Below are positions 51,687-61,390 of a stretch of DNA of 64,000 nt, one piece after another (the stretch's first letter is position 1; every line of letters begins with the position of its first letter). The stretch comes from Chamaesiphon sp. (GTDB lineage: Bacteria; Cyanobacteriota; Cyanobacteriia; Cyanobacteriales; Chamaesiphonaceae). A model generated the notes under the pieces. It made no database searches and had not been told where the DNA came from. It saw nothing but the letters and a program-made list of their open reading frames with translations. Made by a program: the position numbers and the translations under genes. The DNA is taken from the NCBI GenBank assembly GCA_965246715.1, contig CBDFFH010000038.1, positions 32,001 through 96,000 on the forward strand. The letters run 5' to 3'.

Positions 51687-51874
51687 GAGGATGTCTAAAA
51701 AGTGGACAGCGGTTGAAACCGCCGCTAGTGTTGCAAAGTCCGGTTGTTGCCGCGAGCGGCAAAAGCCTGCCTTCGCGGACTAACAGTTTCTTTAACCTGC
51801 GTAGGCAGGTTTCGCAAATGTAGCTGCGATTTTAATCGCTGGGCTACCAAGGATCGGACTTTTCCGACATCCTC
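51687..51874. mobile_element. MITE-like element family C (IS5/IS1031-like ends)
   Basis: TIR GAGGATGTCTAAAAAGT / ACTTTTCCGACATCCTC; 3-bp TGA duplication on both sides. Confidence 0.82.
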
Positions 51875-51888
51875 TGAACGCACAGCAG

Positions 51889-52515
51889 TTATTTTCGAGT
51901 CTGAATGACTTGAAGACTGCCACCTGCATGGAGACTGGGCGCGAGGTCGATCTCAAACCCCACATCGCGTAACATCTGCACCAAATCGGTATCGATTAAT
52001 TCCCATGCCGATTCTGTTTCAAACAACCAAAAAAAGACCGTCAAACCGGGAATGTATAACGGATTGGTCGGCCGATGAAAATCTACCATTGTAAATATCC
52101 CGCCGGGCTTGAGGACGCGATATACTTGAGTAAAAATTTGGTGTAGTTGCGATCGAGTCATTTCATGCATCGCTGCGCTAGTATGAATGAGATCGAATTG
52201 GGCATCGGCGAAGGGCATGTCTTCGGCTAACGCTTCGACATACTTCGCCTGTGGGACATTGCGCCGCGATCGACTCAACGATAATGGCGAAATATCCAAG
52301 CCTGTCACGTCATCGGAGTACTCCAACAGGATTCCCGTCACCTGACCGCTACCACAACACAGATCGAGAATTTTGGCATGGGGATCGATTTCTAGTCCCG
52401 TCAGTGCCAATCGCCGAAATCGTGCCGCACCACCAACCGCGATCGCTGCAACGTTCGAGATCCCATCGTATAGCCACTGATACTGATAGCTCCAAGTCCG
52501 TAGAATCGTACCCAT
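51889..52515 (-). CDS. Class I SAM-dependent methyltransferase
   Basis: ILDLCCGSG, GLDIS, MPFADAQFD, VYRVLKPGG. Confidence 0.92.
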   Translation of the reverse strand: MGTILRTWSYQYQWLYDGISNVAAIAVGGAARFRRLALTGLEIDPHAKILDLCCGSGQVTGILLEYSDDVTGLDISPLSLSRSRRNVPQAKYVEALAEDMPFADAQFDLIHTSAAMHEMTRSQLHQIFTQVYRVLKPGGIFTMVDFHRPTNPLYIPGLTVFFWLFETESAWELIDTDLVQMLRDVGFEIDLAPSLHAGGSLQVIQTRK

Positions 52516-52775
52516 ATTATCTTAATCTTTACTTAATAAAGTTGTTGGAGTGAGGCGATCGAGCTGTAACCCGCCATCACCACCCACTCTGTCAGTTTAA
52601 CCGATCGATATCGAGAACAGATTTAGCCGCAGCATGACTCACACCTTTATGAGATTTACCTTTACAATGGGTAACAGTAAGTGCCTTAAACCCAAAGAGT
52701 GATGTACTTGACTGAACCCTAAGCTGTTAGTGGGCATAATAACTTACGCGTCGTCTCCTTGGAGTGAGCTATCTG

Positions 52776-52916
52776 ATGGATTATATCGAAAAGGTGCTGG
52801 AAAAATTGAAAGAGTGGGCTGGCAAACTGATTGAAGTATTGCTTGGCCCTGAAATGCAGCCCGAACCCGAGTTGATTCCCATTCCTGTCAACGAGCGGCG
52901 ACGGAACTCAAATTAG
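52776..52916 (+). CDS. 46-aa small protein upstream of aroQ (not in the ORF track)
   Basis: [53 protein letters not shown]. Confidence 0.8.
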   Translation: MDYIEKVLEKLKEWAGKLIEVLLGPEMQPEPELIPIPVNERRRNSN

Positions 52917-52921
52917 TCAAA

Positions 52922-53398
52922 ATGACCATCGATCTCAGCACTCGCAAGCTTAGTGTGCTTGTCTTACACGGCCCGAATCTCAATTTATTGGGATTACGCG
53001 AACCGGGGATTTATGGTGTCTCTACATTGACTGAGATCGACACTCGATTGGTAGAACTCGGGGAGTCCCTCAACACAAATATCCACTCATTCCAATCCAA
53101 CTATGAAGGTGGATTGGTCGATGCCATTCATGATGCCCGCGATCGGCATCAAGGCATTGTCATCAATGCAGCAGCTTATACACATACCAGTGTCGCGATC
53201 CGGGATGCGATCTCTGCCGTCCAGATTCCCACTGTTGAAGTACATCTAAGTAACATTTACAAACGCGAAGAATTTCGGCACCATTCCTATCTAGCAACCG
53301 TTGTCATCGGTCAGATTAGTGGCTTTGGCGCGCACAGCTATTATTTGGGATTACAAGCGATCGTGGCTTATTTAGAAGGGCTAGGCGTATCCCAATAG
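52922..53398 (+). CDS. aroQ: Type II 3-dehydroquinate dehydratase
   Basis: [39 protein letters not shown]. Confidence 0.97.
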   Translation: MTIDLSTRKLSVLVLHGPNLNLLGLREPGIYGVSTLTEIDTRLVELGESLNTNIHSFQSNYEGGLVDAIHDARDRHQGIVINAAAYTHTSVAIRDAISAVQIPTVEVHLSNIYKREEFRHHSYLATVVIGQISGFGAHSYYLGLQAIVAYLEGLGVSQ

Positions 53399-53407
53399 TC
53401 TGTCGGT

Positions 53408-55543
53408 TTACTTATCCCCAACCTGAGGACAATCGACGCGCTCTCCAGCAGCGAGGGAGTCCAGCGGGGATGCGCTGGCAGCTTTGCGATTTGGGGGCAG
53501 ACTGTCGCTAGCCGAAGGCGAGCGCGGTAATAGCAGCGAAAAAGTACTTCCTCGACCAAACTCGCTCTCAGCCCAGATTTGGCCGCCATGCTGCTGAACG
53601 ATACTACGGCAAATCGCTAATCCCAATCCCGTCCCTTCATTGTTGCGCGAGTCAGAGACATCCACCTGCTGGAACCGCTCGAAGATTAACTCCAATTTTT
53701 CTGGGGGAATGCCACGTCCGCAATCGCGCACTTGAAACAGCATCCTTCCCGCTTGTTTTGTCGAATTAAACCAAACAGTACTGCCTGGTGGCGAAAATTT
53801 AATCGCATTGCTGAGGAGATTGGTAAAAGTTTGAATTAAGCGATCGGCATCAACCCAAACTTGACCGCCAGCATCGCTAACTTTCAAGGAGATTCCAGCC
53901 TTGTCTGCTAACGGCTGAACCACATCGATCGCCTTTTCCATCAGATCCGCCACCGTCCAAATCGCCTTTACCATCATCACGGCACCCGACTCGATCCGCT
54001 CGATATCTAAAATATCATTGACTAGGCGCATCAACCGATCGGTACTATCCACTGCAATTGTCAATAGTCGCTGACCCTTATCGGATGTCGGATCTAATAA
54101 ACCACTGGCTAACATCGATAACGACCCATAAATCGATGTCAGCGGCGTTCGTAATTCGTGACTGACGATCGCGATAAACTCATCTTTCATCCGCTCGACC
54201 TGATGGCGTTCGGTCACGTCCAAAACCAACGAAAACACCGACTCCATTTGGCCGGAATTATCCCGCAAAATCGAGTTATACCATTCACAGTTAACGATCG
54301 TGCCATTTTGACGATAATTGCGATTGATGGTGACATTTTGCTCTTCCACCCCAGCAATCATCCGACTCATAATGCGATCGATCCGTTCGACATCTTCAGG
54401 GACGACAAATTCCCATTCATTGGGGCGCTTGCCGACAACTTCAGTCGCCGACCAGCCAAAGATTTTTTCCGCAGTCGCCGACCATCTCGCAACCCGAAAC
54501 TCGCGATCCCACTCGATTGTCGCTAGCGGAGAATTTTCAAAATGGAAATTTAATTTTTGTAAGGCATCACGCAAATTGTGCTCCGTCTGTTGACGCTCTG
54601 TAACATCTCGCAGAATTATAGTATATACCTGTTCCTGTCCCAGATTCAAATAAGAAATCGAAGCCTCGGCGGGAAACTCACTGCCATCAGATCTAATGCC
54701 GACAACTTGCTGGGGGTTTCCCCGCTGGCTGGAGCCATTGTGACCCGGATCGATCTTGCCTAGCGGCACGCGCTCGATCGCTGCGAGCTGTTGTGGCAAC
54801 AGGAGATCGAGCGATTTCCCGATTGCTTCAGCGGCACTATACCCAAAAATCTCTTCAGCACCTTGATTGAACAGCGTAATCGCGCGATCGCGATCGATTG
54901 CAATAATTGCATCGCTGGCAATTTCGAGAATCCCCGCAAACCGCGATCGGGAAATCTGTAATGCTGCTTCAACGCGGCGACGTTCGGCGAGTTCGAGTTG
55001 TAATCGATCGTTGATTTGTTGGAGGTCGCGCGTGCGGTCGATCGCCCGTTGCTCCCATTCGATTTTGGTTTGACGGAGGGTGGTCTCGGCGCGTTCGCGC
55101 TCGATCGCATAGCGGATCGAGCGCAACAATAAATTGCGATCGACTTGTCCCTTGATCAAATAATCTTGCGCTCCTTGTTGCATTGCTGACAGTGCTAGCG
55201 TTTCATCATCTAAGCCCGTCAAGACGATAATCGGAATATTGGCGGCTTGGCGATGGAGCGTTAGAAAAGAGGCGATTCCCTGACTATCCGGTAGCGATAG
55301 ATCGATTAAAATTACATCAAAAGGTGCTGGTGGGATGGAGATCGCACCAACAGGTGTCGGAGTGCAGGCTGCCAAGAGATCGAGCGCCACGGCTAAGGTC
55401 ATGGCGGGGGTAATTTGACACCTAGTAGTTGTAACTTCCCGGAGGATTTCCTGCAACAACCGGATATCGCCAGGATTATCTTCAACTAGCAAAATATTGA
55501 GAACAGTAATCATGCTGCTGTGCTCCAATTTAAAGTAATCCAT
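53408..55543 (-). CDS. Hybrid sensor histidine kinase (REC-PAS-PAS-HisKA-HATPase)
   Basis: LLVED...IDL receiver, two PAS/PAC, SHELRTPL, NLLSNAIKF, GTGLGL. Confidence 0.93.
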   Translation of the reverse strand: MDYFKLEHSSMITVLNILLVEDNPGDIRLLQEILREVTTTRCQITPAMTLAVALDLLAACTPTPVGAISIPPAPFDVILIDLSLPDSQGIASFLTLHRQAANIPIIVLTGLDDETLALSAMQQGAQDYLIKGQVDRNLLLRSIRYAIERERAETTLRQTKIEWEQRAIDRTRDLQQINDRLQLELAERRRVEAALQISRSRFAGILEIASDAIIAIDRDRAITLFNQGAEEIFGYSAAEAIGKSLDLLLPQQLAAIERVPLGKIDPGHNGSSQRGNPQQVVGIRSDGSEFPAEASISYLNLGQEQVYTIILRDVTERQQTEHNLRDALQKLNFHFENSPLATIEWDREFRVARWSATAEKIFGWSATEVVGKRPNEWEFVVPEDVERIDRIMSRMIAGVEEQNVTINRNYRQNGTIVNCEWYNSILRDNSGQMESVFSLVLDVTERHQVERMKDEFIAIVSHELRTPLTSIYGSLSMLASGLLDPTSDKGQRLLTIAVDSTDRLMRLVNDILDIERIESGAVMMVKAIWTVADLMEKAIDVVQPLADKAGISLKVSDAGGQVWVDADRLIQTFTNLLSNAIKFSPPGSTVWFNSTKQAGRMLFQVRDCGRGIPPEKLELIFERFQQVDVSDSRNNEGTGLGLAICRSIVQQHGGQIWAESEFGRGSTFSLLLPRSPSASDSLPPNRKAASASPLDSLAAGERVDCPQVGDK

Positions 55544-55570
55544 TTCTTGGCGCTACGCTCCGTGCGGCCA

Positions 55571-56035
55571 TTATTCTGGGGGTAATTGCACGGTCGTAAA
55601 CCAAAAATCTTCGATCGATTGGATAATCCGTACGAATTGTTGAAAATCCAGCGGTTTGGTAATGTAACAATTAGCGCGGAGGTTGTAGGCTTTGAGAATG
55701 TCTTCCTCAGATTGGGAAGTAGTCAGGACGACTACTGGAATTCGCTGTAGTTTTTCGTCTGCTTTGATCTCACCTAACACTTCGCGACCATCCTTGCGTG
55801 GTAAATTCCAATCTAACAAAATCAAATCGGGATGGACAGCCTGATGATATTCTCCGTGACGGTGAAGAAAATTCATCGCTTCGACCCCATCCGATACTAC
55901 ACTTAAATTGACATCGATTTCTCGTAGCTCGTGTGCTACCTGAAGCCGATCTGCCAGCGCGATTCGGGTCAGGTTAACGTCTCCAGGGTTATCTTCTACG
56001 AGTAAAATTTCAATAGTGCGGCGATTTATCGGCAT
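55571..56035 (-). CDS. Rcp1-like single-domain response regulator
   Basis: [37 protein letters not shown]. Confidence 0.93.
   Translation of the reverse strand: MPINRRTIEILLVEDNPGDVNLTRIALADRLQVAHELREIDVNLSVVSDGVEAMNFLHRHGEYHQAVHPDLILLDWNLPRKDGREVLGEIKADEKLQRIPVVVLTTSQSEEDILKAYNLRANCYITKPLDFQQFVRIIQSIEDFWFTTVQLPPE
55923..55946. repeat. 24-nt hairpin element inserted in frame at a GATCG site
   Basis: Adds 8 codons (LQVAHELR); GTAGC/GCTAC stem; removing it leaves an intact GATCG and an open frame. Confidence 0.6.
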
Positions 56036-58358
56036 GTTGAGGAGGATTACTACCTACCTCTGGGATTATAAAGGAAAATACCGACCCCCGATCGTTTGGA
56101 TCCGAAGCGCCAATCTCTGGGGTAGATTCGACCCAAATTTTACCACCATGCCGTTCGACAATTTTTTTGCAGATCGCTAAACCCACACCAGTACCTGGAT
56201 AATCGATCCGCGTATGCAGTCGCTGAAAGATTGCAAAAATGCGATCGAGATATTGCGCTTCGATGCCAATCCCATTATCGGCAACCAGAAAACACCAAGC
56301 AGATGTCGCCATCAGCTCGCCAGTAGGTGGCGATCGCCAGTTGGTGCTTTGCTCGACGGTCGCCACTTCCGACTTCTGGGCGCTGATGTGAATTTGTGGG
56401 AAGATTTCCCGCCGTCGAAATTTAATCGCATTAGCAATCAAATTTTGAAATAATTGGGTCAATTGAGTTGCATCGCCCCAAACTTCTGGCAGTGGATCGA
56501 ACGTAATCTTTGCATCACTCTCGATAATCGCAACGTGTAGGTTGGAAATGGCATCTTGAAGCACGCTGTTAGTATTAACTAACTCGAATGGCTGTGCGCG
56601 GCTGCTAACGCGGGCATAGCTCAGTAATGCTTGAATCAGCGCCTGCATTCTCACTGCGCCGTCTACAGCGTAACCGATAAATTCTTGAGCATCATCATCC
56701 AACCGATCTTGGTAGCGACGCTCTAAGAGTTGAAGATAACTAATCACCATCCGGAGCGGCTCTTGCAAGTCATGGGAAGCAATATGCGCGAATTGTTCTA
56801 ATTCAGCATTCGATCGGGTCAGTTCTTGGCGCTGGAGTTGCTCTTGTTCGAGTAATTGCGCTTGAGCGAGAGCGATCCCGATTTGTGTGGCGAGTCGTGC
56901 CATGATTTCTAATTCGTTTGGCTGCCATTGGCGAGGCGATTGACATTGATGCACGATCAGCAGTCCCCACAATTCTTCGCGCAGATGAATCGGCACGATC
57001 GAACTAGCTTTGACCCCAAACTGCTGGAGAAATTTGATATAACAAGGTTGAAATCCGGCGCTGGTAATGTCGGCAACCGTATAAATTCGGCCTTGTTGGT
57101 ATTTGGCATGATAAGTGCGATCGAAACAAGGATCGATAATTTTGCTATTCATCGCGCTCGGATAGTCCGGTAAAACTCGCTCCTGTAACACCTTCCCGGT
57201 ACCATCTGCTGCCAGCCGAAAAATTAATACGCGATCGACTGCCAAGAGTTTTTGGACTTCATCGACAGCAGTTTGTAAAATTTCTTCTAATTGTAAGGAC
57301 TGCCGAATTTTTTGAGAGATTTCTGCCGATAGCTTAGCCTGTTGTCGCAGTCGCAGTCGATCGCTAATATCGATCGGTGTCCATCGACTCATGAGATAAT
57401 TGCCCAATTTGTCCTTAACCACAACCGCTGTTGCACTTACTGGAACAATCCGTCCATCTTTATGCAATATTTGAAATTCTAGATCGCGAATCCAACCTTG
57501 CTGTTTCAAGATTGAAAAATTGTCCTGAAAAATCTGACTACTCTCTGGGGTTAACAAATCGACAAAGCTTTTTTTACCAACAAGTTCTTGTTCCGTATAT
57601 CCCAACATTTGCAACTCGGTACGATTGATCCGGATGAACTTTCCGGCAGCATCTAGAGAATGGTAACCGCAGGGAGCGCTATGATACAACTCTTCAAATT
57701 CTGCTACGTAATCTTGCAGTTTAGTTTCAGCTTGTTGCCGCTTGGTTAAGTCGTGATTTACCAATATATAGAGCACTGTTAGTAGTAGTAAATCTAATAA
57801 ACCAGATATACCAAAAGCAATTTTGGTATCGGCTAAACTTTGATACGAGCCTGCTTGCAATCGCCGGAGATTCAAGCGTTCCGTGCGATCTAGCTCGGCA
57901 ACAATCTGCCGAATTTCATTAATTAATTGCTGTCCCTGGTTGGATAAAGCAAATTGTCGATCTAGTGCGAGTGGTCGGACTTGTCGTTTATCGATCGTTT
58001 TTGTTATCTCACTGAGTTTACTTTCGATGCTTGTTGTGAAGGGAGCTAATCGTTGGCGATCGAAATTCAAATCTGCTAGTATTTTTAACCGCTCGCGGAG
58101 TTTACTCAGATCGATACGATGCGATTCTAGATATTGGGGATTACTTGTTAATAAATACTCACGTTGCCCCATTTGAAGATCCTTCAACGTATCGAGCATA
58201 TTATCTAAAACAGTCAGCAAGTCATTAGAGTGAACCTCCGATCGATTATTTTCAGCAATCGTACTAATGCTTTGATAAGCAACTCCAGCATTGAGAATTA
58301 ACACCAGCAAGGTAGTTACAAAGCCGAGCGATACATGGGGAGACGTGAGATTTTTCAT
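56010..58358 (-). CDS. CHASE3-PAS-GAF(cyanobacteriochrome)-histidine kinase
   Basis: Two TMs flanking CHASE3 (GQREYLLT), PAS, GAF with DPCF and [14 protein letters not shown]-box. Confidence 0.9.
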   Translation of the reverse strand: MKNLTSPHVSLGFVTTLLVLILNAGVAYQSISTIAENNRSEVHSNDLLTVLDNMLDTLKDLQMGQREYLLTSNPQYLESHRIDLSKLRERLKILADLNFDRQRLAPFTTSIESKLSEITKTIDKRQVRPLALDRQFALSNQGQQLINEIRQIVAELDRTERLNLRRLQAGSYQSLADTKIAFGISGLLDLLLLTVLYILVNHDLTKRQQAETKLQDYVAEFEELYHSAPCGYHSLDAAGKFIRINRTELQMLGYTEQELVGKKSFVDLLTPESSQIFQDNFSILKQQGWIRDLEFQILHKDGRIVPVSATAVVVKDKLGNYLMSRWTPIDISDRLRLRQQAKLSAEISQKIRQSLQLEEILQTAVDEVQKLLAVDRVLIFRLAADGTGKVLQERVLPDYPSAMNSKIIDPCFDRTYHAKYQQGRIYTVADITSAGFQPCYIKFLQQFGVKASSIVPIHLREELWGLLIVHQCQSPRQWQPNELEIMARLATQIGIALAQAQLLEQEQLQRQELTRSNAELEQFAHIASHDLQEPLRMVISYLQLLERRYQDRLDDDAQEFIGYAVDGAVRMQALIQALLSYARVSSRAQPFELVNTNSVLQDAISNLHVAIIESDAKITFDPLPEVWGDATQLTQLFQNLIANAIKFRRREIFPQIHISAQKSEVATVEQSTNWRSPPTGELMATSAWCFLVADNGIGIEAQYLDRIFAIFQRLHTRIDYPGTGVGLAICKKIVERHGGKIWVESTPEIGASDPNDRGSVFSFIIPEVGSNPPQHADKSPHY

Positions 58359-58576
58359 CCGACTATTGTTGCTGGCTATTCACTAGAAGAATTCGAGATA
58401 GCCCTAAAATGATAACATTCTCCCATATGACAATCTTTGTGCTGGGTTACTGGCACTCATCCGAGGGTAAAGGTTAAGAATTCCCATCTCCTGTTCCCCT
58501 GCTCTTGTCGAGCGGATCGGAACTAGCAACTTGCTTTAGTAGTGTAGTCGGTTGGCGCAAATACTCAAGCTGGCAA

Positions 58577-59830
58577 TTAGCCGATCCCAGCCACATTTAG
58601 GATCGACATGCGCGTCCACAGTGCTTTTTGACGATAGACTGCGCTGACATGAGATTGACAGGCACGATAGAACATAAAATCGGCCAAGACCATATGCTCG
58701 TCTGAATCTAATAGCAGATCGACCAACGATCGCGCGATGCCTGGATCTTGGGCGGTAAACGCTCCTGCCATCAGCGAATCGATCGCTTGGCGGATCTCGG
58801 GATAATATTTGTAGTAATTATATGGATCGTAGCCATACTCTCTAAACATAGCGATTTCGGGGATTGCGAGTCCGAAAGAGAAGCAGTTATCTGCGCCAAC
58901 TGTTTGCTGAAGGAGATGGTTGGCTTTACTCATGCTGGAGATCGACAGCGCCCCGTTAACTGACAATTTGAGCTGATTTAGATCCACATCTTCCATTCCA
59001 GCGGTAGCAATCCGTTCGGTCAGTTCTGCTGCACAATACAGTTGGTCGATTAGTCCAGCCGTTTGGGGCAGATAAACTACCTGCAATTTACCTCGGACAT
59101 CCGGATCTGTTGCCAATGTCTGTGCTAATGCGGTAATTAAGATCGAGATCGAGCGAGCATTTGGTTGCAGGCTGACATCGTTCGGCTCATCTAGTTCCAA
59201 AACTTGCAGTTTGGGTTCGCTGACATCGGCAAAAATAAAGGTTCGGGGCACGATATCGATTACCGGCTGTGCCTTGATTTGCTGATACAGGTTAATAATA
59301 TGCAAAATATTCAACAATTGCCGCTGACGACCGACGATCGGTTGCAGATGGAGATCGAACAGCGAATCTACATCGATTTCAATGCCCTGAGCGCGGTACA
59401 ACGCATCTGCGAAGATTTGCTTATTAATTCGTTCGATCGTCTGCCATTGGGATTGAAAATCAGCATCGTCAGCAAACGTCACTAACTGCTGAAGATCTTC
59501 GCCATGCGTCATCCAGCGATCGCCGATCGCTACTGTGACTAAGCTAGCTAACCGGGGATTTTTTGTCAGCAGCCATTGCCGAGGACTTACTACTTCGGTA
59601 GTCCGCGATCGCGGTTCTAGGGCGATATTGCCGCGCGACTTATTTTTTCGCGCTCGACGTTCCGGCTCCCACGATCCAGTCTGTCGCCACGGCTGAGTGT
59701 GAATTGGCACGATGTTGGTCGCGTGCTGACGATCGGGATGCCATTGGCGTGGAGTTTCCGTCCCAGGGGCTTGGCTGTTTCGCAATAGTGCTACGCTGAT
59801 GTTTGTCCGAGAGCTAATATTTTCAATCAT
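58577..59830 (-). CDS. Truncated, degenerate glycogen phosphorylase homologue
   Basis: VSPRQWL...NPRLA, SLFDLH, VPRTFIF, NGALSI, WTRMSILNVA match the C-terminal half of GlgP. Confidence 0.82.
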   Translation of the reverse strand: MIENISSRTNISVALLRNSQAPGTETPRQWHPDRQHATNIVPIHTQPWRQTGSWEPERRARKNKSRGNIALEPRSRTTEVVSPRQWLLTKNPRLASLVTVAIGDRWMTHGEDLQQLVTFADDADFQSQWQTIERINKQIFADALYRAQGIEIDVDSLFDLHLQPIVGRQRQLLNILHIINLYQQIKAQPVIDIVPRTFIFADVSEPKLQVLELDEPNDVSLQPNARSISILITALAQTLATDPDVRGKLQVVYLPQTAGLIDQLYCAAELTERIATAGMEDVDLNQLKLSVNGALSISSMSKANHLLQQTVGADNCFSFGLAIPEIAMFREYGYDPYNYYKYYPEIRQAIDSLMAGAFTAQDPGIARSLVDLLLDSDEHMVLADFMFYRACQSHVSAVYRQKALWTRMSILNVAGIG

Positions 59831-60011
59831 GACTAATTTCCTTAGCGGTGCATTATCCAACTGAGAATTTCGATCCCTAAAGGGGGAAACTTTAGATGAA
59901 CAACTTTTCAACTTAACTATTTGACCAAGATATTAACCGACAAGCTTGAGGAACTTGTGAGGATCGCGCTAAAATCCGAACAAATATTCGATCGCGACCG
60001 TTAGATTACAC

Positions 60012-60407
60012 ATGAGAGATATTGCTGGTAGAGCTACTCCAATCCTGGGGATCGCCCTCTTGGGCTTATTCCTGGCGATCCCGAGTAGCGCAATTAAGCC
60101 CGATCGACCGAATCCTGATGCACTGAGTCGGCGAAATATGCCAACCACAGGCAAGGTAGTGAAATTTACCCAGGGCGATCTGATGTGTTATGTCGATTTA
60201 ATCGATGCCAGTGGCAAGCAGCATAACATTGGAGCCGATTTTGCCATCTGCGATCGGACTGAATTTTTAAATAAAAAAGTAAGACTGATTTACAAGCGGA
60301 TTCGGGTCAATGATTGTCAGAGTAACGAACCATGTGGAAAAACTCGCCTGAAAAATGCGATTGTCAAGATGAGATTAGTTAGTTCAAAAAGCCGATCGTC
60401 GCGCTGA
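60012..60407 (+). CDS. Hypothetical secreted Cys-containing protein
   Basis: Signal peptide; GDLMCYV, GADFAIC, DCQSNEPCGK. Confidence 0.8.
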   Translation: MRDIAGRATPILGIALLGLFLAIPSSAIKPDRPNPDALSRRNMPTTGKVVKFTQGDLMCYVDLIDASGKQHNIGADFAICDRTEFLNKKVRLIYKRIRVNDCQSNEPCGKTRLKNAIVKMRLVSSKSRSSR

Positions 60408-60419
60408 CGATCGATTGAG

Positions 60420-60980
60420 TTACGATGTTGGCTTAATTTCGGCGATCGCATAACGAACCGCGATCGGCGTAAGCTGCACAACGAGACGATCGATCGTCTC
60501 GCGCTCTAATTGCGTCCAGATTCTAGGTCGATCGAATACACAAGGCTGTAAAACTCCCCACAGCTGGCGATCTTGGCACAAATGTGCGTGAATCAGCGCG
60601 CGATGCCCAAAATTTTCGGCTTCAAACTGCCGATTTACAACTCGATCGCTCGCAGTCTGCACGTCTTCAACAAAAATCGACGGCTCCGTTCGCACCGCCG
60701 CTGCAAACATCGGATCTTCGCTAGTTAGCGACTCTGGTTCGAGCTGCCAAGTTTCGTTATAGATCTCTGGAATCGCTGCATTCTTTCGCCAGCAAAAGGG
60801 CACACCACCCCACCGCGTGTGCGGATCGCGTAGATACAAAAAACAGCGATCGCATTGCAAAAATTCACCTATAGCAGGCATCAATTCGGAAAATAATGCT
60901 TGAGGAGTTGGAGATTGGATCAGAATCCGCGCGATCGCATCGGGCAAGTTTTCTAAGCTGGTTGGGTTTAGATCCATCAT
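60420..60980 (-). CDS. Stand-alone GAF domain protein
   Basis: LQCDRCFLY...LWGVLQPCVFDRPRIWT. Confidence 0.88.
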   Translation of the reverse strand: MMDLNPTSLENLPDAIARILIQSPTPQALFSELMPAIGEFLQCDRCFLYLRDPHTRWGGVPFCWRKNAAIPEIYNETWQLEPESLTSEDPMFAAAVRTEPSIFVEDVQTASDRVVNRQFEAENFGHRALIHAHLCQDRQLWGVLQPCVFDRPRIWTQLERETIDRLVVQLTPIAVRYAIAEIKPTS

Positions 60981-60998
60981 AATTATCTACGCTAATTT

Positions 60999-61235
60999 AA
61001 CCTGAGTTCGGGATAAGGATTTCCGTTCGTGTAGCGTACCATCGGTAATCGATGACTCCTAGCTTCATTTCCAGACCGCCCTCAAATGAATTAGTTGCTC
61101 ATAGCAAAAGTTCGTTTTAACGAACTAACTGATTTGGCAGTTCTCTGAAGAGAACTTTTGCTGTTAGCCCGAACTTCTAGTTCAGGGCGGTGGTTGAGCG
61201 AAGCAGATCGGTTTTCCTTAACCCGAACTCACGTT
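60999..61235. mobile_element. MITE-like element family B (237 bp)
   Basis: TIR AACCTGAGTTCGGGATAAGG / CCTTAACCCGAACTCACGTT; AATTT direct repeat on both flanks. Confidence 0.85.
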
Positions 61236-61390
61236 AATTTATGTTGCTTTATCGACCGATCTGCGTCTTTTCCAGCAGTCAACAGTAACTGCGACTGCGA
61301 CTGCGGTTGCCACAACTGGTGGCTCGTTCTTGCTCCCCCTCCTTTAAATTTTAACTCGCTGACAACTGCTGTCTCAATTTGGATCGACAT
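61229..61390 (-). CDS. Possible 53-aa small protein coupled to the CLC gene
   Basis: ATG overlaps the CLC stop (TAATG); the stop lies in the MITE TIR. Confidence 0.3.
   Translation of the reverse strand: MSIQIETAVVSELKFKGGGARTSHQLWQPQSQSQLLLTAGKDADRSIKQHKLT

Noticed and set aside
61040..61065. GATGACTCCTA resembling a fluoride riboswitch 3' end
   Set aside because: It lies inside the MITE, downstream of and opposite to the CLC gene, and the 5' half is absent.
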